DNA of 64,000 bases from the human T2T-CHM13v2.0 reference genome, Homo sapiens. The notes beneath the pieces are model-generated. The model did not search any database. It was not told the origin of the DNA and saw only the letters and a list, made by a program, of their open reading frames with translations. Positions within the stretch are counted from its first letter, which is position 1; each line of letters starts with the position of its first letter. This document shows, piece after piece, positions 48,784-64,000 of the stretch. The DNA lies in the NCBI RefSeq assembly GCF_009914755.1, contig NC_060939.1; one strand, 5' to 3'. The position numbers were made by a program, and so were the translations under genes.

Positions 48784-50892
48784 TTAAGTCCAAATGAAAG
48801 AAAAACCACCATCTGGATTAACCAGCTTGGGCATTTTTGATAATTAAATCAGGAATTTTGAGTAATATGGTAAAGAATATACATATTTCAAAAACAGCCC
48901 ATATGTCAGAGTATGGTAACTGCTGAGATGTTGGTGAGTCTGTATCTCCCAAGTCTTTTGCTGAAGTTTCTGGTTTTGTGTCTAAGTTTTACATAATCAT
49001 ATTGTTCTTGGCTGAGATTAATTTTATCTTCCTAACTACACTTACAAGTTATAAGAGTATATTTGCTTTCTCTATTGATCTGACAATTGGCTCTTTTGGG
49101 AAACTTACAAGGAGAAAAGAAAATACAACCACTTTCCATTTTTGCCTGTCTCCAGGAAAAAAAGAATGCCTCATTCCCTTCAACAAAGAAAAAGACACAA
49201 GAGAAACTACAGTTATGTAGCCATATCTCATTGTCAGTAGCATGGAGCCTCATAACTTAACGCCCCCTTTGAAACACAGAATGTGTGGACCCATGCTTCC
49301 TTCCAACAAGGTACAATCACTAGATAGGTCTTTAACTTTGCATAAAATAGTTCTCAAAATCAGATTTATCCTTAGCATGCATGTAATCTGCTTTTCCTAA
49401 AAACTGTTTAGAATGAAGTAGACAGAAAACTTAAAACCCAGATATTAATGGATCAGTCTCATGTTGTTACATATAAAAAACAGGGGTTCTGAGAGTTTTA
49501 GCTTTCAGAAAGCGTACATCAGAACAATCGGAATCATCCACACATTTTATTAAGCTATGGTATGTGTAAGACACTCAGTTAGCTGCTTTGAGAGATATGG
49601 AAAATAGACATAATCTCTGATCTCTAAGAACTGACACCAATGTTGAAAAAAGGATGTGTTTCTATGAACAAATGACCAACATTCAAGGCTGAGCCACAGT
49701 TTTTCAAAACTAAATAGCATTGCACATCCCTTTTTAAAATAATTGTCAAATTCCTCAGCACTGATATTCAATCCTATGTTACAGCATAATACAAAGGGTA
49801 CTTAAATATGTGCAAACCCAAAATTATGCACACATACGTGAAGTTTATTGCACTTATAAAACTATAAAACCAAATCAAATTTGCCAATTAAATCCAAACA
49901 AAACTACCAAAACCAATAACATTTCATCAACAATACTAATTTAGTGAGACGGATGGTGTTACTTTACTAAAACTCAATTTATGTTTTCAATGTGAATGTC
50001 ATGCTGAAGGCCACTGTGTAAAATCTTTTGAATCATTCCTGCCATATCACTGAGCCATAAAACCACTCATGTTCTCATTATTTTTTCTATATAAAAACTA
50101 CCCTTTCCAAAGCACCCATTAAATCATTTGTCTTTCACTTGGAACAAACCTGTTATTTATACATTAAGTTAATTTTTATTTTGACATTCTTGGAGGACTC
50201 CTGGTGTCAATGTGATTACAAATTCACACGTATGCTTGCTTGGACAATGAAACAGTGGGTGTTTAGTCTGTTATTTGTTGGTCATTCAGATGATCCAGCA
50301 CATGCTTTTGTCTATTTTTTATACAATCCTCAAGGTGAGAACTTTTGAACTCCTCCCTCCTCTGCCAAACAAACAACAATAAGAATAAATATGGTCACTT
50401 TAGAGAACACATCATCAGATACCCAGTGGGATACACAGACATTCTAGAAAAACACTCAGTAACAACTCAAGGCAATACATTTTCCAGAGAGGAATGCAGA
50501 ATAGAGAATTTCCCCCAGCAGGATACAGAAAGTTGGTTTTGATCTGGCTTTCCAGCAATGGGTGGGATTTTGTGAGCTAATGAAGGGACAGCTTCTTAGG
50601 TAGGGGTAGCATGAGAAAAACTAAAGAAGCAGGAAATTGCTGACATGCTTAAGGTTGGTGAATGGACCAGTTAGCTGGTGTATTCCAAAGGGGACTCAGT
50701 GAATTAAATCTGCCTAGAAAGAGAGTTTGCCCCAAAGTATGGTAATTCTAAATAACACTAAGAGCTGTAATCAGGGTTAGCGAACAGATATTTGAAGTTT
50801 CTTAATCACTAGAAGTGAAGGATTTTAGCTTAACTTTTACAACTGATGCCAAAGCCTGTTGATATTAGGCAACCTGGAGATCAGAGCCCTTC

Positions 50893-51649
50893 TGTTACAG
50901 GGGTCCTTGCTCTTAGAGCTCCCAAGATGGTGGCGGGCTGCTTCCAAGATGGTGGCAAGCCTCTTGCTCTCTGACCTGGGGTTCTTGGCCTCACAGATTC
51001 CAAGGAATGGAATCTTGGGCCATGCAGTGAGTGTTATAACTCTATTAGAAGCTGTGGGTCAGGGAAGAGAACCGTGGAACCCAGAGACTAGTGTTCAGCT
51101 CAATTAGGATGAACCCAGGCACTTAGCCGTGCAGGAACAATGGCAAGCCTTTAGCCCGATCCCGAGTGGCAATGGACACCTTGCTGGATCAGGAGCACAG
51201 TGGACACCCTGCCGGATCCAGAGGGACAGAAGTCAGCAGCGGGTCTCTGACAGTGGCAAACAGCATGGTGGATGGAGAGCAAAAGCTCAGCTCAAGCCGT
51301 AACAAACACGGACCAGAAGAGTGTGCAGTTGCAAGATTTAATAGAGTGAAAACAGAGCTCCCATACAACAGGAGGGGACCCAAAGTGGGTAGCCACTCCC
51401 TGCTCGAATGCCTGGGTTTATGTCCCAATCATTGTCCCTCCTCCTGTGCTCTCAGGCGATAGATGATTGGCTATTTCTTTACCTCCTGTTTTTGCCTAAT
51501 TAGCATTTTAGTGAGCTCTCTTTACTACCTGATTGGTCAGGTGTGAGCAAAGTTGCAAGTCCCGTGTTTAAAGGTGGATGCGGTCACCTTCCCAGATAGG
51601 CTTAGGGATTCTTAGTTGGCCTAGGAAATCCAGCTAGTCCTGTCTCTCA
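50893..51649 (-). mobile_element. HERV-W solo LTR (LTR17)
   Basis: Reverse complement begins TGAGAGACAGGACTAGCTGGATTTCCTAGGC. 757 bp, TG...CA termini, 4-bp TSD CTTC at 50889-50892 and 51650-51653. Confidence 0.9.
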
Positions 51650-53111
51650 CTTCCTGCTAATTTGGGTACAAAAGCAAAGACAGTATTTATTGTTCTGTAT
51701 TCATACTCTCACTTAACTTCTTAAACTATAGCAAATTTTATGTTTCTCTTAGTTTCCCCCCTTTGATTTCAGATATATAATTTTCAATGTTATATTACTT
51801 TATTATTTTCTATTTTTCTTAATACGTTTTAGGCATCAGGGAATGGCAAGAAACCCTCCAAAGTGCTAATGTATCATATAACTGGACCTGTGCCATCTTT
51901 TCTAAGCATTACTTTGCAGTTTGGTGACCTAACAAGTGTAACTGGATGCTGAAGGGGTTCTATTATCTTGGACCAGGATACAAAGCTAAGACATACATGA
52001 GTAAAGTACTCTACACTCAAAAATGAGATCTGAATTTTTAGAGGACAGAAATTTTCTCCAGGCTTTATAGTGAGTGATGGTGGGGTGGTGGGGGTAGGGG
52101 GCGTTGTTCCACAATGTCAGTATAACTGAGCTACCACCACCACTCAAGTCTGACTATGAGTTAAGACTAGGGAGGGAGGAGGTAGCAGGGAAGAAGTGTG
52201 GAAAGGTCAGAGACGTGACTCATTAGCCTGGGAGAGTTGGTGTGTCCATTTCCCTCCCTGCCATAAGGAGAGTGGATGCTTCTTTCAACCATGCCAAGAA
52301 AGGCGAGATGATGTCCAAGAGAACAATTCATAGAGATTAGATTAGTGCTGCAGAAAAGGCAGAATGAATTCTTAGTTTTTACTGGAGTAAGTGCTTATGC
52401 AGTGGATCTGCTAATTTTTCTCTCAACCTATTTGAACAGAAACACAAAAGGAATATGAGAGAGGCAGCAGAATAAGGAAGTGTGGCTCCAGGGATGCCTG
52501 GGCTCACAGTGTTTGCCATGGCAAGCAGCCTGAGTTTCCACTGAGCAGACCAAATGAATGCCTGTTAAGCAGCCTGACTTCAGCTAGCTTGCTAGTATAC
52601 CAGAAGGCTGGCACACAGGGCAAAGGAATACAGCTAATGGGGCCAAATAGATGGACTCCTGGGGAAGAATCTGAGGAGATGGGGAGAAGATGGGTGAGCT
52701 TCAGGAGATGAAGCTGGGGCAGATCTCCTAACTAGGACACCTTAGATCTTAACAGTAGGGATGTCTCTATGGTCCCATGGATAACCCACACATGCACTCC
52801 ATGACAGAACCAACATTTGGATATCTGCATTATTTGAAAAAGAAGCTGAAAGAGTCAAATAGGACCACCAATAAGATGCTGGTTACAGAAGATTATTTCT
52901 TTCCTCTCTCATACTCCCTCCTCCCAAGCTTAAATCACAGGAACTGGAATCAGAAGACAGAAGAATGGAGAAAACGTCCTACATACCAGTCACGAAGTCT
53001 CCCTTGGGCTGCAAATTCTGTGGGTTGAAGTTTGGTAGATATAAGAGAAAGGAGAAATAATAAATATTTTAGAAGGGCATCAAGCCAGGGTTTAAAATGA
53101 GATGAAATTAG

Positions 53112-53425
<314 letters not shown>

Positions 53426-55685
53426 AGACTGGACTTTTTAATGATAGCAAATGACAAACACCTATCAGAACTGCCATCATTAAGAGATGGAAAAGAGAGA
53501 TTTAACATGACGGCAGTAGTTAGAAAAAAACAGAAACATTTCCTATTGATATCTCACCACATTCAGACTTCAGTAAATTGTTAAACCAAGAAAAAAATGG
53601 CAACATTATTAAATTATATTTCACTGGGTTATGGATCAATAAACTCAAGAGTCAAAGGGCCTTTGTTTGAATCTTGTCTCCACCTTTTATCAGGTGAATG
53701 TCCCAGAACAAATTATATTAAAATGTTCTTTATATTAATTTTTTGTCCATAAAATTGGGATATTACTACCTTCACAGTCTTCCAAGGACTAAATAAAAAT
53801 AACTGACAGAGAATCTGGCAAGTATGTTTGTCCCTTCTTTCCAAATCCTCTTTGTTTTCTTAATACACATACATATAGTATTTTTAAATATTTACAATGT
53901 AATTAGTTGACATATAATTTTCTGTTTTGTTAATTCATTTCAAGGTTTAGAGCTTTACATATATTGAAATTGAAACCTATTACCATTTTAATATGTTTAA
54001 AGGAGGCACCATTTGTGAGACAGTGGCTTAGCTGGTTCTCTTTTGTGGAGAACTTGGATGATGTCCAAGCTTTTTTCTCCCCTCAATATAAACTGTGATG
54101 TTGCTAAAATTGAAAAGAAAGCACTTATCCCATTTCTAAGTAGAAAAGGCTTCACCAGTTACTATTACCTTGGGATATCCTTTCCCAAAAGGAATTTTGA
54201 GACTATCAATAGTTATTTTCATTGGAATCTCTTGGAAGTGTCAACATCCCTAGAATACGTGAACTTTTAATTGAAAAATTAAACGATAAAATAAATAAAA
54301 TAAAAGCTTCCTCCTGATTTAAGAATCTTCTCTAGAGACCCCTGACTTATTTGATTTGGCCTGGCTAAGGAAAAACTCCCAATGAATCCTCACTGGGATT
54401 TCCCAACACCCTTCCCAATTTACATTCAGGATTATATAGCCTGTAATAATTTTATGCCAGAGTATAACAGAATGCACTGATTTAGTTCCATTAGCTTCTT
54501 TTTACCTACATTTCAGCTTTCTACTCTCTAGCAAGCTAGAATGTAGTTTATCTTTCCCGAGGCTGTACTGCAGAAATCTCTTCTTCCTATCTGCCATCTG
54601 CTTTAATGCCGTCTTTAGTCCCAAACCCCAGTTGATTCTGGCGCTAATTATTGTCAGCTCTGCCCATTCAGGTAGCTGAAAATACTTTGAATAAATTACA
54701 TACTACCGTGTTGGCTACAGAAGCATATAGAAAATCCACTATTTTCAGTCATGTGAAGGGAATCTGTGGGCTCTGTTTGTCTCCATTTCTTTTGCCGCTG
54801 AAATAAACGCAGGTTTGCTGCAATCATTTATTTTTAATTGAGATATAATTTGCATAGCATACAATTTGCAGCTTTTAAGAGTACAATACAGTAGTTCTTG
54901 TATATGAGCAATGTTGAAAAATCATCAATATTTAATTCCAAAACATTTTCATCACTCTAAAAAGAAACTCCATGCCCATTAACAGTCAATCTCCTGTGTC
55001 CCTCCCTTTTTGTCTCTATATATTTGTATATTCTGGACTTTTCATATTAATCCATCATAAAAGATGTGGACTTCTATGTCTGGCTTCTTTCACTTAGCAG
55101 AATGTTTTCAAGTTTCATTCATACTGTTGCTTTATAAACCTCTATAAAGAGGAATCAGTATTCTATTCCTCTTTATGGCTGAATAATACACCATTCCACA
55201 GATACACCACATTTAGTTTATCCATTCATCAGTTGATAGAAATTTTTTTTCCACCTTTTGGCTTTTATGAATAATGCTTCTGTGAACCTTCTTGTATAAG
55301 TACTTATGTGGACACGTGTTTTCATTTCCCTTGAGCATATACATAGGCATGGAATTGCTGGGTCATATGACATAGTATATTTAACTTTCGAGAAACTGGC
55401 AGACTGGTTTCCAAAGCAGCTATACCATTTTGTATTTCCACTAATAATGCATAAAGGTTCTCATTTCTCCACATTCTACAACCCTTATTACTCTCTTTTT
55501 TATTATAGTCATCCCAATGGGAGTGAAGTAGTATCTAACGAAGTTTTAATTTCAATTTAGCTAATGTCTAATGATGTTGAGCAATTTTTCATGTGATGAT
55601 TAACCATTTGAAAAACTTTGAAGAAATTTCTGTTAAAATGATTTGCCCATTTTTAATTATTTATCTTTTTATTGTAGAACTATAA

Positions 55686-56039
<354 letters not shown>

Positions 56040-56527
56040 TCAAATACTGCTTCTCATTAGATGGGGTGTATTTTCATGTTCCTTATAATGTCTGCCCATC
56101 AACAAACAAAATATTTTAATTTTGATTGTGATCTATTTCCTTGTTTCCTTGTGTTTTTGGTATTGTATTTAAGAAAACACTGCCTAATCCAGTTATAAAG
56201 ATATACACCTAGTTTATCTTCTAAGAGCTTTATATTTTTAGCTTTTTGTTGTTTGGACCATTTGGAGTTAATTATTATAGACTGAAGTATGGTTCCAAAT
56301 TAATTGTTTTGCATCTGAATATCCAGTTGTCCCAATATCATTTGCGAAAAGACTATTCTCCCTACTGAAATTGATTTTCAACAAGAGTGTCAAGAACAGT
56401 GTACAGTTTCATTTCTCAACTTTCAATTATGTCCTATACGTGTGTGTGTGCATGTGTGCGTGTGTGTGTGTGTCTATCTTTATGCCAAGATTACACCATC
56501 TTGTCTTCTGTAGTTTTGTAGTAGTGA

Positions 56528-56826
<299 letters not shown>

Positions 56827-57574
56827 GTAGTGAGTTTTGAAATAGGAAAATGTGATTCCTCCAGCTTTGTTCTTCATTTTCAAAATTGCTCCAGATAGAA
56901 CACCTAACTTCCATTTCTGTATGATTTTAATGCTGTCTTTAGTCCCAAACTCCACATATGCTTTCAATATGTGCAAAATGGGCAACTGGGGATTTTGACT
57001 CAGATTGCATTAAATCCATACACCAATTTGGAGAGTATTGACTTCTTAACAATAATAGGTCTTCCAATCCATGAACACAAATGTATTTCTATTCCTTTTT
57101 TTAAAATTTGTAATGATGTTTATACTTTTCAGTGTATAAATCTTTTCCTTTTATTAAATTTATTCCCAAATATTTTTATTATTTTGATATTTTAAATGAA
57201 ATTGTTTTCTTAATTTCATTTTTGGATGTTTCATTGATAGTATATGAATACACAATTTATATTAATCTCATATCCTGCAAACTTGCTGAATTCCTTTATT
57301 AGGTGTAATATTGAGAATGTGTGTGTTTATATTCCCTAGAACTTCCAGGAATAATATCATGCAATCTGCAAATAGAGATAACTTGATTTCTTTATTTCAA
57401 ATCTGGATGCACTTCATTTATTTTATTAATTGCCTTAGCTAAAATGTTCAATACAATGTTGAAAGGAAGTGACAAAAGCACACATCTTTTGTTTCTGCTT
57501 TAGAATAAAATGTTCAAATCTTTCTTATTAAGCACAATGTTGTCTGTGGGTTTTGCTTAGATGCACTCTTTTAG

Positions 57575-57914
<340 letters not shown>

Positions 57915-60900
57915 TTACTATTTCTAATTTGTTGAATTTTTTTTAATCACAAAAAGGTGCTGTATTGGCCAAATGCTTTCGCTGTGAAGATTATGTTGTA
58001 TTTGTCCTTAATTAATATGGTTATTGCAGTTATTCATTTTTATTGTTGAACCAACCTTGCATTTTTGGGATAAACCTCACATCATATTGTATAATCCTTC
58101 TGTATCTTGCTAACGCCTTTTGCTAGTATTTTGATAAGGATTTTTAGATTTATGTTCATAAGGGATATTGATCTGTGGTTTTCTTTTTTCTGTTACGTCT
58201 GTCTGGTTTTGGTACCACATAATATTGCCCTCATATGTTGAATTAGAAACTGTTCCTTCCTGCCCTATTTTTTTTGAAAGACTTTGTAAAAGATTCGTGT
58301 TAATTCCTCTTTTAAATTTTGGTAGTATTCAACAGTACAGCCACCTGGGCTTTTTAATTGATATAGATCTATTTAGATTTTCTATTTCTTCCTGAGTCAG
58401 TTTTGGTAGTTTACGTGTTTCAAGAAACTTGCTCATTTCGTGTAGGTTTCCAACTTGTTGGCACACATTTGTCTACGTTTTTCTTTTCTGAATACTTTTA
58501 TTCTAATAAATTATGTAACAATGTCCACACTTTTTTGATTTAATATTTTGAGCCTTTCTTTCCTCTTTTCTTGGTCACTCTAGATAAAAGTTTCCAAATT
58601 TCGTTGACATTTTGAACCAACTTTTGTTTTATTGATTCCCTCTATTGTTTTTCTATTCTCTGTTTAATTTATCTCCACTTTTATCTTTATTAAGTCAATC
58701 TTTCTGCATGTTTGGGGGTTAGTTTATTCTTCCTTCCCTAGTTCTAAAGATTAAATGTTTGGTTTGACATTTTTCTTCTCAAGTATAGTTATTTGCAAAT
58801 ACCAGTTTTTCTGTAAGCACTGCTTTTACTGCATCACATACTGTTTTTGTTTTTATTCAGCTCAGTGTTTTAGAAATTTCCCTATGATTTCTCTTTGACC
58901 CTCATGTCACTTAGAAGTGTGTTGTTTCATTTCTACAAATTTATGGGTTTCATGAATTTTTTCTGTTATTGTTCCTAATTTTATTACACTGTGGTCTAAG
59001 AACACATGTAACAACGCTTTTACATTACTGAGACTTGTTTGATGACTTAACATATGGTGTATCCTAGAGAAACCTTTGTATGCATGTACAAAGAAGAATG
59101 TGTTTACTGTTGTCGTCAAGTGGCGTGTTCTACAGATGTCTGTCAGATCCAGTTTATTTATAGCCTTTTTCAAGTCTTCTATTTTCTCGCTCTGTGTCTA
59201 CTTTTTCCTCCAGTATTGAAAATGGAGTGTTAAAGTCTCAAACTATACCAGTTGAATTATCTATTTCTCCTTATAATTGTGTGAGTTTTCCCTTCTTCTA
59301 TTTTGGGGTCTGTTTATAGGAGCTTATTTGTTTATAACTGTTTTGTATTGTTATGGATTGACCCTTTTATCATTATAAACTAACTTTCTTGGCCTCTGGT
59401 AACAGTTTTTCTCTTAAAGTCTATTTTGCCTCAAATTACTATAATCACTCACGATCACTTTGGATTATTGCATTATATTTCCATAATTTTATTTCATAAT
59501 TTCATTTTTCCATAATCTTATTTTTAACCTATTTGTGTTTTTAAATCTAAAATGAAATCTCTTTAGGCAGCACAGCATTGAATAATGATGTATGTGAGTG
59601 TGTGTGTGTATTTAATTTTTAATCCATTATTTCTATCTTTGCCTTTTAACTGGATTGTTTAATCTATTTACATTTAATATAATTACTAAATAGAAAGAAA
59701 TTTTGTCTGCCATGATGTTATTTGTTTTCTATTTGTCCTTTGTCTTTATTATTTCTCTATTCTACCAATGTTGTCTTCTTTTATGTTAAATAAACATTTT
59801 CTAATATATCATTTTAATTCCTTTGTCATTTCCTTTACTATATTTTTGAGTTATCTTCTCAGTAGTTCCCTGGAGATTATAACTAACATCTTAATTTATA
59901 CCAATCTAATTTGGATTAGTACCAACTTAATTTCAATAACATAGCAAAAGTTTGCTCCTAAATAGTGCCATTCCTTCCCTCTTCTTTGTGCACTGTTGTC
60001 ATAGAATGTTCATCTTTATACATTGAATGACCAGCAACTAATATCTATAATTATTGTTTTATACTACTGTATTTAAAATCAGATAGGAGGTTAAAAAAAA
60101 GGTCAAATTTTAAATATATATTAAAATCTGTCACTTATATTTACCTATGTAGTTACCTTTACTGGTATTCTTCATTTCTTTATACTGATTAATATTTCTT
60201 GTAGTGCAGGTCTGCTAATGACAAATTCTCTCAGTTTAGCTTTTATTTTCCCTGAAAATTTCTTAATTACTTTATTTTTTATGAGTAGATTTGCTTGGTC
60301 TAAAATTCCTGGTTGATAGCTTTTTTTCCAACATTTAGACTATGTTGTTTGGACTTCATAGTTTCTCACTATAAATAATCTCTTAATGTTTCTAAGCATC
60401 TCTTAGTATGAGAAGAATTGTTTGCTTCTCTCTTGATGTTTTCAATATTTTCTGTCTTAGACAGTTTTATTATAATGTGCCTAGGTATAGATCTTTTAAA
60501 ATGTATTCTAGTCTGTTAAACTTCTTGGATATATATTTGTTTTTCACCAAATTTGTAACATTTCACTCATTATTTCTTCAACTATACTGTCGACACCTTT
60601 GCTTCTTTTTCCTCTCCTTTGAGAACATTTGTTATATTATATCTATGTTGGTATACTTGATGTTTTGCAGTCTTTGAGCCTCTGTTCACTTTCTTTATTC
60701 TTTTTTATTTCTTCTCTCAGACTGCATAACCTCATATGAACAATCTTCAAGTTTGCTGATTCTTTCTTCTGCTAGGTTAAATCTTCTGTTGAGCTCCTCT
60801 GATAATACTTAATTCAGTTATTGTGCTTCTCAACTTCAGAATTTCTATTTTATAATTTTTAAGTACTTTCAGTTTTTTATTGATAGTCTGTACTTTGTAA

Positions 60901-61233
60901 GACATTGTATTCATAGTTTCCTTCAGGACTTTAGATACAGTTTCTTTTAGTTCTCTGGACATATTTAAAATAGCTTTGTTTAGTAAGCCCAATGTCTGGG
61001 ATTAGGATTCCTCAAGGACAGTTTCTGCTGATTTCTTTTCCTCCCCTGTGCATAGGTGATACTTTCTTGATTTTTGTTGTTTGTTTAATGACTTTTCTGA
61101 GGTAATTCTATAAGGTCTGAAACCTTTACTATGTTTGGTCACTGACATCTCTCCTTAGCTTAGAGATAAGCTAATGATTGAGCAAATATTTTCTTAAACA
61201 TCTGAAATGAATCAGCCTTCAAACTTTGCCAGG

Positions 61234-61235
<2 letters not shown>

Positions 61236-61285
<50 letters not shown>
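61236..61285. repeat. (GT)25 microsatellite
   Basis: Uninterrupted dinucleotide run. Confidence 0.97.
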
Positions 61286-61287
<2 letters not shown>

Positions 61288-63349
61288 TGCACCATGCCTT
61301 CAGCACTCTGCCAGGCAGTTTACAACTCTGCTCTTGACTTCACTTCCTTGTTGCTGAAAGTCTCATGGTTAGCAAAGGGCAAGAACTTAACAGCTTTTTA
61401 GGGCCCTTCTGAGCAACTATACAGTAGCAGGCATAAACACATCCCTTACACATATGTATTGCCTTCTAGATTTCCAGGAATATTCCAAAGCTTTTCAAAA
61501 CCCCTATGAATATCTCACCCCCAGCCTTTCCTTTTCAGCTTTTTGGTTAGCCTATTGTTGGTCCCAATTGTTATACCTCAGGTAACCATAAGGTTGAATA
61601 TTTGCTGCTGACTATTTTTGATAAATGCCTTAGGGGAAAGTTGTTTGCAACAAGCAAATTCTGAGTCAGGTCAAATAAATGCAGCCTTGTGACTGTGACC
61701 TTCCAGGGACCTATCAAATGGGTCCAATAATGACAGTTTAGGGGAATAGGGCTTTGAAGAAGCTGCAGGTCTTTTCTTCTCCCTGACTGTTGGGCTTTCT
61801 GGTGTACATTGTTTTTGTAGGCTCTTGGTTTTCAAGGCTACCTTGAAGCTGGGCAGAGGAGTATGGGAAGCTGCCCAGAGGATCTGGGCAGAGAAGGATG
61901 GGGCAAATGAAGCCACAGAATTTGCTTATTTTTATCTTTTTCACAAAACTTGTTCTTATAGACATTCAGCCACTTTTTCTTGACTAAATCCTCCAAGACT
62001 GCTGTAAGCCTTTGGTTAATTTTCAGAGTTTGGAAAAAGTGGATTCTGTCCATTTTTGCCAGCGTTCTCCTTGCTTTGGTGGAAAAGAGGATTATTGAAG
62101 ATCCTTATTCTTCCATTTTTGCTAATGTCACCCCTTCTGGTCGCTTTTTAAATGTGTCCTGGCCTGCCAGTTTTGTCTGTCTCCAACTCATCCTTCACAT
62201 GGATGGCAGATTAATCCCTCTGAAGCCCAGCTGCGACCACATCATCACTTTAGAAACTTTTGATGGATTATACAGCTTCCTTCCTTGATCTGGTATGCAT
62301 GACTTTCTGCAGCATAGCTGCAGCTCACCTTTCCCTAACTTTGACTTCTACAGTTTCCCTCATACCCTTACCAATTCCTAACTCAATTGAACTACCCATT
62401 CTGGTGCCTACTTTCATGTTGTTGTTGTTGTTTTCATAATTTTTCTCCTGTTGTGAGAATGCAGGCTACTGGATGAGACTTGTTCTAATGGACCAGCAGC
62501 TCACATGTTTTGTGTGTGAAAAGGATGATTAGCTAATGGATCAAAGTTTGAGAGGTGAGTTAGGGAAAGCTCGTCTGAGCTGTTTGTGAGCCAGCTGCCT
62601 TTTCTGATTTATCCTTGCTGAGTCTATGAAGTTGAGCTCTGCTGATTCATCATTTGAGGGATCATGTATGATTAACATCAGCAAGAAACTTTCCACTTGA
62701 ATTTTATGAAATTCTAGTGTCTCTAGGAAAGGTCTAGTATAAAACTGCAGCATTGTTCCAGGAACATAAGAATTGGATGTAGTCAACCTCCATCCACTTT
62801 ATAATAGGCACTGTGCTTGGCCTTTGGGTAGTCTGAAAGTAGTATGCAATTTGTTATTTGACTTTGAGGAGTTTACAACCATACCAGGTTAATAGACCTA
62901 AAAATGTAACTAAACGCCAGAAAAGATATTAGCAGCATGTAATATGTTAGTATTTTACTACAGCCAGAGGAGAGAGATACCAGAAAAGTCTCATTTGGAT
63001 GAGAGATTTGAATAGGGCGTTATAGGGTTTAGGAAGACAGAAAACCGGAAGGACTTTCAGAATAGGACATGGTCAAGGGACCTTCATACTTCAATATTTA
63101 GCACAAAAGTCTTCTCAAAAGTGCAGATTCTGGGCTGTACCTCTAGTGAGTCTGAGTTAATAAACAGTTGCCAGCACCCGGGAATCTGCATTTTAACAAG
63201 CATCTTATTTACTTCCAATGAGATTGAGTTAGGCTGTGACAAAGAAACTGAGGCAGAAGTGTTCATGAGGTATTCAAAATCTGATAAGTGGATTTTTACA
63301 TTTAATTATAGTATAAGTTTCAAACAAAGTAGTTGTGATTATTAATTAT

Positions 63350-63425
63350 AAGGTTTCTCAACCTCGGCACTATTAACATTCAGGGCCCAATAACTCTGTG
63401 TCTTGAGGGGCTGTTCTGTGCATTA
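63350..63425. mobile_element. Truncated MER20 fragment
   Basis: TTTCTCAACCTCGGCACTATTAACATT...GGGGCTGTTCTGTGCATT. Confidence 0.75.
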
Positions 63426-63619
63426 TATTAGTAGGCTACTTAGCTGTATTAGCAGGCTACTTAGCTGTATTAGCAGGCTACTTAGCTGTATATATACAAT
63501 TATATATTATATATGATATATACAATTGTATTATATACAATTATATATTATATATGATATATACAATTGTATTATATACACTTATATATTACATATATTA
63601 TGATTTTTATTGATATATA
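63426..63619. repeat. 21-bp x3 tandem repeat followed by an AT-rich minisatellite
   Basis: TATTAG[T/C]AGGCTACTTAGCTG x3 at 63426-63488, then duplicated TATATACAATT-containing units. Confidence 0.9.
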
Positions 63620-63905
63620 TTTTTTGAGACCGAGTTTCACTCTTGTTGCCCAGCTGGAGTGCAATGACACAATCTCGTCTCACTACAACCTCTGCCTCCT
63701 GGGTTCAAGTGATTCTCTTTCCTCAGCCTACCAAGTAGCTGGGGTTACAGGCATGTGCCACCATGCCTGGCTAATTTTGTATTTTTAGTAGAGACGGGGT
63801 TTCTCCATGTTGGTCAGGCTGGTCTCGAACTTCCGACCACAAGTGATCCGTCCGCCTCGGCCTCCCAAAGTGTTGGGATTACAGGCGTGAGCTACCGTGC
63901 CCAGA
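63620..63905 (-). mobile_element. AluSp-like
   Basis: Alu reverse complement with Sp-type diagnostics. Confidence 0.9.
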
Positions 63906-64000
63906 CAATTTTTTAAATGGTTTTATCTGCAGTTTTCATTCAGCTGCTTTTTCTTTAAAGTTGTTGCATTTACGCCTTTTTAAAATAAATATTTATAACA

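Overview
Primate genomic DNA, almost certainly human given the L1HS diagnostics, and rich in repeats (Alu, L1, L2, MIR, THE1/MLT/MER21/LTR17 LTRs, hAT MITEs). I recognise no host protein-coding gene, and nearly all short ORFs in the track are repeat-derived or chance. The centrepiece is a full-length human-specific LINE-1 (L1HS-Ta, Ta-0 diagnostics) at ~14449-20489 with uninterrupted ORF1 (338 aa), ORF2 (1275 aa) and antisense ORF0 (71 aa). Its target-site duplication is not found after its own poly(A). It is found ~1.2 kb further on (AAATATACTGGAC at 14433-14445 and 21695-21707), behind a second A-tract that is preceded by ATTAAA. The insertion therefore appears to be an L1 plus a ~1.2 kb 3' transduction copied from another locus. 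Other notable items: an ORF1p R262G change at a critical residue, a complete LTR-internal-LTR THE1 element, an HERV-W solo LTR17, a long ancient L1M, paired RFX X-boxes near 4.9-5.0 kb, and a mirror-symmetric (TA)n array. I see no evidence of a wholly new biological system; the best finding is a locus-specific example of a known mechanism. Subfamily names come from remembered consensus sequences, not from a search.
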